From the NCBI GenBank assembly GCA_002633005.1, contig NMRA01000816.1:8531-72530 (forward strand): a DNA stretch of 64,000 nucleotides, in the 5' to 3' direction. The notes beneath the pieces are model-generated. The model searched no databases, was not told where the DNA came from, and saw only the letters and a program-made list of their open reading frames with translations. The DNA is from Phoronis australis. Lineage: Eukaryota; Animalia; Phoronida. The first letter of the stretch is position 1, and every line of letters starts with the position of its first letter. The position numbers and the translations under genes are program-made. Below are positions 58,116 to 64,000 of this stretch, one piece after another.

Positions 58116-58277
58116 CATTCTCCAATTAGAATTTTGGCCCCACCCCCCTCCTGTCAGTCATAATTTGTTCTGTTAACAAATTATGATGACTGATAGGAGG
58201 GGGGTGGGGGCAAAATTCTAATTGGAGAATGACTCCACCCCCCTCCTATCAGTCATTGTAATTTGTTCTGTTAACAG
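58116..58277. repeat. Fold-back inverted repeat (about 55-bp arms) plus partial third direct copy
   Basis: cattctccaattagaattttg...cataatttgtt-ctgtt-aacaaattatg...caaaattctaattggagaatg, followed by ccacccccctcctatcagtcattgtaatttgttctgttaac. Confidence 0.9.
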
Positions 58278-60841
58278 GATAAGCCATCTTGTGAGGGAAA
58301 TGGTATTTTGTCCAGTACTTTTATTTTCTACATAGTAACGGTTGCTGAATGCAACATTTGAAATAGTAATTGATTTTTTAATTTAGCATTTTTTAGATTT
58401 TTCGCGGACACGTTTTTATGAGAACAGGGTGGTCTGGATTGCATATTTTTAGTTTTTATGTGGTGTTATGTTGCTTTAAATAATTTCATAACCATCCAAT
58501 AATTTTTTGAATGCTCAAATTGTTTGATTTTGGGACATACTTGTTGAAGTATCTGTATGGTGCCAGATGTTGATTTATCCACAAAGAAGTGAACTATTTG
58601 ATTGTACTTTATTTTATAAAAAATTAAAGATTGATTATTCGCTGTTTGCTGTATTAATAATTTATTATGTTGGCACGCAAAACTCTCATTTGTTTATGGT
58701 ATTGTTTCATTTATTTAAAATAATTTTAAAATTTTTAACTTATTGAAAACACGTCCGAGTACTTTCGCGACAATATCTTACTGGTGTGGGTTTTTCATTT
58801 TTAGGAAAAAAAATAGTTTTCTTGGGCACTTCAAATTGACTTTTATTAGAGAAAAAGGCAATTGCTGTTATTATAATTATATATATGTATATGTTTGCAT
58901 TTTTCAAAAACAATAAATAATGACCCACCCTAGTCGTCTTATCAGATCTCCAGACAAGAGCACCACTATTGGGAATAAATATGATCGTAACTTTAAAATT
59001 CCCCTGAACACATTTTTTGTGAAAAGCAATCGTAGGGAAACAATTCGTGTACTTTAATAGCAAGAACTGGAATCCTGTGTGACAATATATTAGAAAATGT
59101 AGGTTGTCTCTTTTACATATTCCTTATTGTCTGATGTGTACTACAGTACATGCCTTGCAATGATGCATGATGGGCCGAGTCAATCATGGGAGATAACTAT
59201 AGTTTATTGTCAGTGTGATGGTGGAGTTGGGCATTTAAGAAAAATATTTTTCAAAAATCCAAATGGTTCGAGTTATTTGTGATATAGCTTCACAGATCAG
59301 TGTCGCGTTTACTTTTTACCGAACATTCACCAGACTTGCACACAGAGAATAGTTTGAAATTAGGACTACAAGCAGACGATGTGAACAAGTTGCAAGTGCC
59401 CCCTTGTGGTGAAAAGTCATACTAGGAAACAACAATGCAATTACAAGCAATCAGTTTTATTGTTTCCAAAAATGGATGTAACAAATAAATATTGTATATA
59501 AATTACATGTTCCATCAATAAGTTACCAGTTATTAGTACAGAAAACATGGATCTAAAAATTGCACACGATCAGTAAAAAACGTTAGCAGGCAATGCAGCG
59601 AACACAGAGGCTAGCTGTATCTCTGTGTGCTGTTAGTGTGACATACAATGGCCAAGTAGACAGAGACACTAGAACCAATATTTCTATTAGTAAGAAAAAT
59701 ATTAAACATCAGCAAACGCTACTTTGGTCAACAGAGGTCACTAGTAACAGATCGGACAACTTGCTGCTACTTTTGAGAAGAAAGCAAAACTACTGCAAAC
59801 AAAGATTACAAAAAATAACTATGCCTTTGGTCTCGACGATTATCGCAATGTCAAAACATTGTACAGAGATTTTTACTTATCAGAGACCACACAGGCGTAA
59901 TACAAGCAAGATGGACCACCAAACTGTCCCTTCAAAAATGATGAAGTGCAATTGACAACAATGCACAGCTAAAATTCTATGAACACACAAATGTAGACAG
60001 GAGAATACAACCACAAAATGCCCAATGACAAAAGAGGACTGGAATGCATATATTTCCCTCCAAGAGAACACAGTTTAAGTGGCATTCCCAATGATTACAA
60101 ACACTCCAAACACCTTTCTTTTGACATACAGGTGGATGCAGGTGGTGATATGTAACGAACAACACAGTGAAAATTCCATACAGAGGACAAGGTGACGTGC
60201 CAGTACATAGCAGATTTCTGCACAATACATATTTCATTCTGGCATCAAATATCACCAGAGATTGCAAAAGCCAGTAACTACCCAGTGAAATTGCAACCAC
60301 AGACTTGTGAGAAATACTGACATACTTCCAACTATATCCAGATCCCATGCTGGAACAATTTTCTATTGCTGGCCAGGTGGAATATGAAGTGGCACTTAGG
60401 CCTATTCACCCTTCAGTTATAATGCTGTATGCATGTATGTCTTATGACCTTTCACCCCGCATTTGACCTCAAGAGCAGACGAAAAATGACTAGATGCAAA
60501 CTGTAGCCACACACAACTTCTTTCATGTAGTTCCAATGTGTACCACAGGTCAAGATAATTGGGTCATAGTCAAGAGTCATACACAGATCACCACTGCTTT
60601 CAAAACTGATGACTCATTGTAACTTGCACATTGACAAAATTGTTTACAAGTTCTATCAAACCCAAGTCGAGAACTAAACACAGGCAAGTTAGAGCTTATT
60701 TCACCAGTCTGTACAGAAATTTCTGAAGCACTCAAACTTCATTTCCGTGTCTGTTTCCACACAAAATAACGAGACGTCTAATGTCTCGCTTTCTTCCCCT
60801 AGAGGGTCCTAAACCAAGAAACGTAGGTTGAACAGAAAAAA

Positions 60842-60947
60842 GGTAATACTCATAAAAACGTGCCTACATTTTGAGAACCAGTTTGATGCTTGTTATTCAG
60901 TGGAGAAAAATTCTCAAAATGCGGGCACCTTATACCGATTATTACCG
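60842..60947. repeat. Hairpin mini-element, copy 3
   Basis: ttttgagaaccagtttgatgcttgttattcagtggagaaaaattctcaaaa, homologous to 10893-11002. Confidence 0.65.
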
Positions 60948-62466
60948 AAAAACGGCTCCTGACACCAACGATGACAATGTTTGAAAAAGGAAACTATGAG
61001 CCAACACGTGACTTTTCAGTAATGAAAAGATGTCCAAAATAATGCAGCAAGATTGAAGCAAGCACACAAACAGTTCAGTTAAAAACAAGACCTCCATTCA
61101 TATACAACCAGCCAATAACTGCTTTGGGTACGTCTTAACATTGTATGGCACGTGATTAAAAAGTACACACAGATCAACAAATGTATTTGTTGCACTACAA
61201 AACACAAGATCGTTGCTCTTATGTTATAACCTGGTTCAATACAGCTTTTCTGTCCAAATGACCAAATAATAATAATTATAACAATGTGTTCACCAAACAC
61301 TGCGAGAACAGGAATTGCACGGGAATGTCACAAAGAGATTTACGTTGAACATAACACTTCCAACTAGCTACTTCTTAACATTTTGTACCAGTGTACAAAC
61401 CACATCCTTCTTAGCATAGAGCACCAATTACTTTGAGGTCTACAAGTGATCACGTTAAAGCAACACAAAATGTTAGTTTCACACATAAAATACAAAAACA
61501 CATTGCAGTGACAGAAAGTCATAGAAACAATCAAACAAAATCATTTCTCGTCAAAAACTAGCAAACTATGGCAGTTCCTCACTTATTTTGCACACAATAT
61601 GGCTGACAAGAGAGTGAAATTCTAGTTGTTACATTACCCCACAAAAGTAAAGATTAATAACATTTTGTTCCATAACAACCATGACTTTCAGTGTGCCTAT
61701 GTCACAAAACAACATTTTATGAAGTTCCCATCTTTAAAAGGGTGATCAGCCATTGAAAAACATAAAAATGGCCCATTTTTCTCAAACATTCCACTTCCAC
61801 CAAGTTGGTCAAAAGTGGTGCGTATCGGCAACACACCCGTATTTCACGAGCATGTTCGTGACTGTATTGATGCACAACAGAAAAATGGCTGCCACTGTGA
61901 GGAACTTTTCAGACTTATGGGAGTAAACATAATCCAAAAAAAAATATATTCACCCTTAACATAACTCCCACAAATGACTGGCAAGTGACTAGTTTTATCG
62001 ATCGGGCTCTAAATAACACAGCTTCATCAACTTATGTCTTCATCAAAATTCTTTGTTGGGCATTCAACTTATCTATTCACAACAGTACTCGTCTCTTTTG
62101 CAATTAATAAAAATCTCACACCAGATGGCGCCCTGAATAATTACATCTGCCAAATAATGACATTCCACCATTTTTGCCGACGCATCATGTGCAACTCATC
62201 AAACCTTATCGGCTACTTGTCGGAATAGATAGACGGACAAATTGAAGAGAAAACTGCTATTTTAGAATAACAGAAAAGGCAGATCAAACAGCCCATCAGA
62301 TTTTTAACCATACTTCATGATCTGTGACACACCCTGAATACAACGATTATCAAATTTTGATGAGAAATTGTCAATTTTTGACGAGAAATCCATCACCATC
62401 ACCATGCAATGCATTACAGCTGAACACAAAATTTCACAATAAATATGAGACGTTGCAACGCTACAA

Positions 62467-63858
<1,392 letters not shown>

Positions 63859-64000
63859 CTGGAACAATAAAACAGGGGTATTATGGCTTTATCGTCAGGC
63901 ATGGACGATTTTGACCAGAACTCATGACAAAAATCGGTTAAGTCTAACAGTTACGAAAAACAACACTCCATACAATGGTGTATTATTATGACCCCCAATT

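Overview
Intron-rich, AT-rich animal genomic DNA, probably a marine invertebrate; the species cannot be determined from the sequence. Manual splicing gives six protein-coding genes. In order they are: a single-CDS-exon LRR type I membrane protein (+), MVB12 (-, ESCRT-I MABP/UMA subunit), DSN1 (+, Mis12 kinetochore complex), DPM2 (-), EXD3/mut-7 (+, DEDDy exonuclease plus Mut7-C) and the last three exons of ZMYND19 (-). MVB12/DSN1 and DPM2/EXD3 are head-to-head pairs. Also present: a decayed TRIM-type RING/B-box pseudogene, the 5' end of a THAP-encoding transposon, a Helentron-like (HINE) insertion, many MITEs, several tandem arrays and large palindromes. Three of the four single-N gaps are flanked by near-identical duplicated sequence. 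This most likely reflects uncollapsed haplotypes, and it falsely duplicates one DSN1 exon and one EXD3 exon. I found no clearly new multi-gene system. The best leads are the shared linkage with human 9q33-34, the allele-specific THAP transposon and hairpin arrays in and near the small-RNA gene EXD3, splice-site-anchored tandem repeats, and the PPxY-tailed LRR receptor. Gene names rest on remembered homolog sequences, not database searches.
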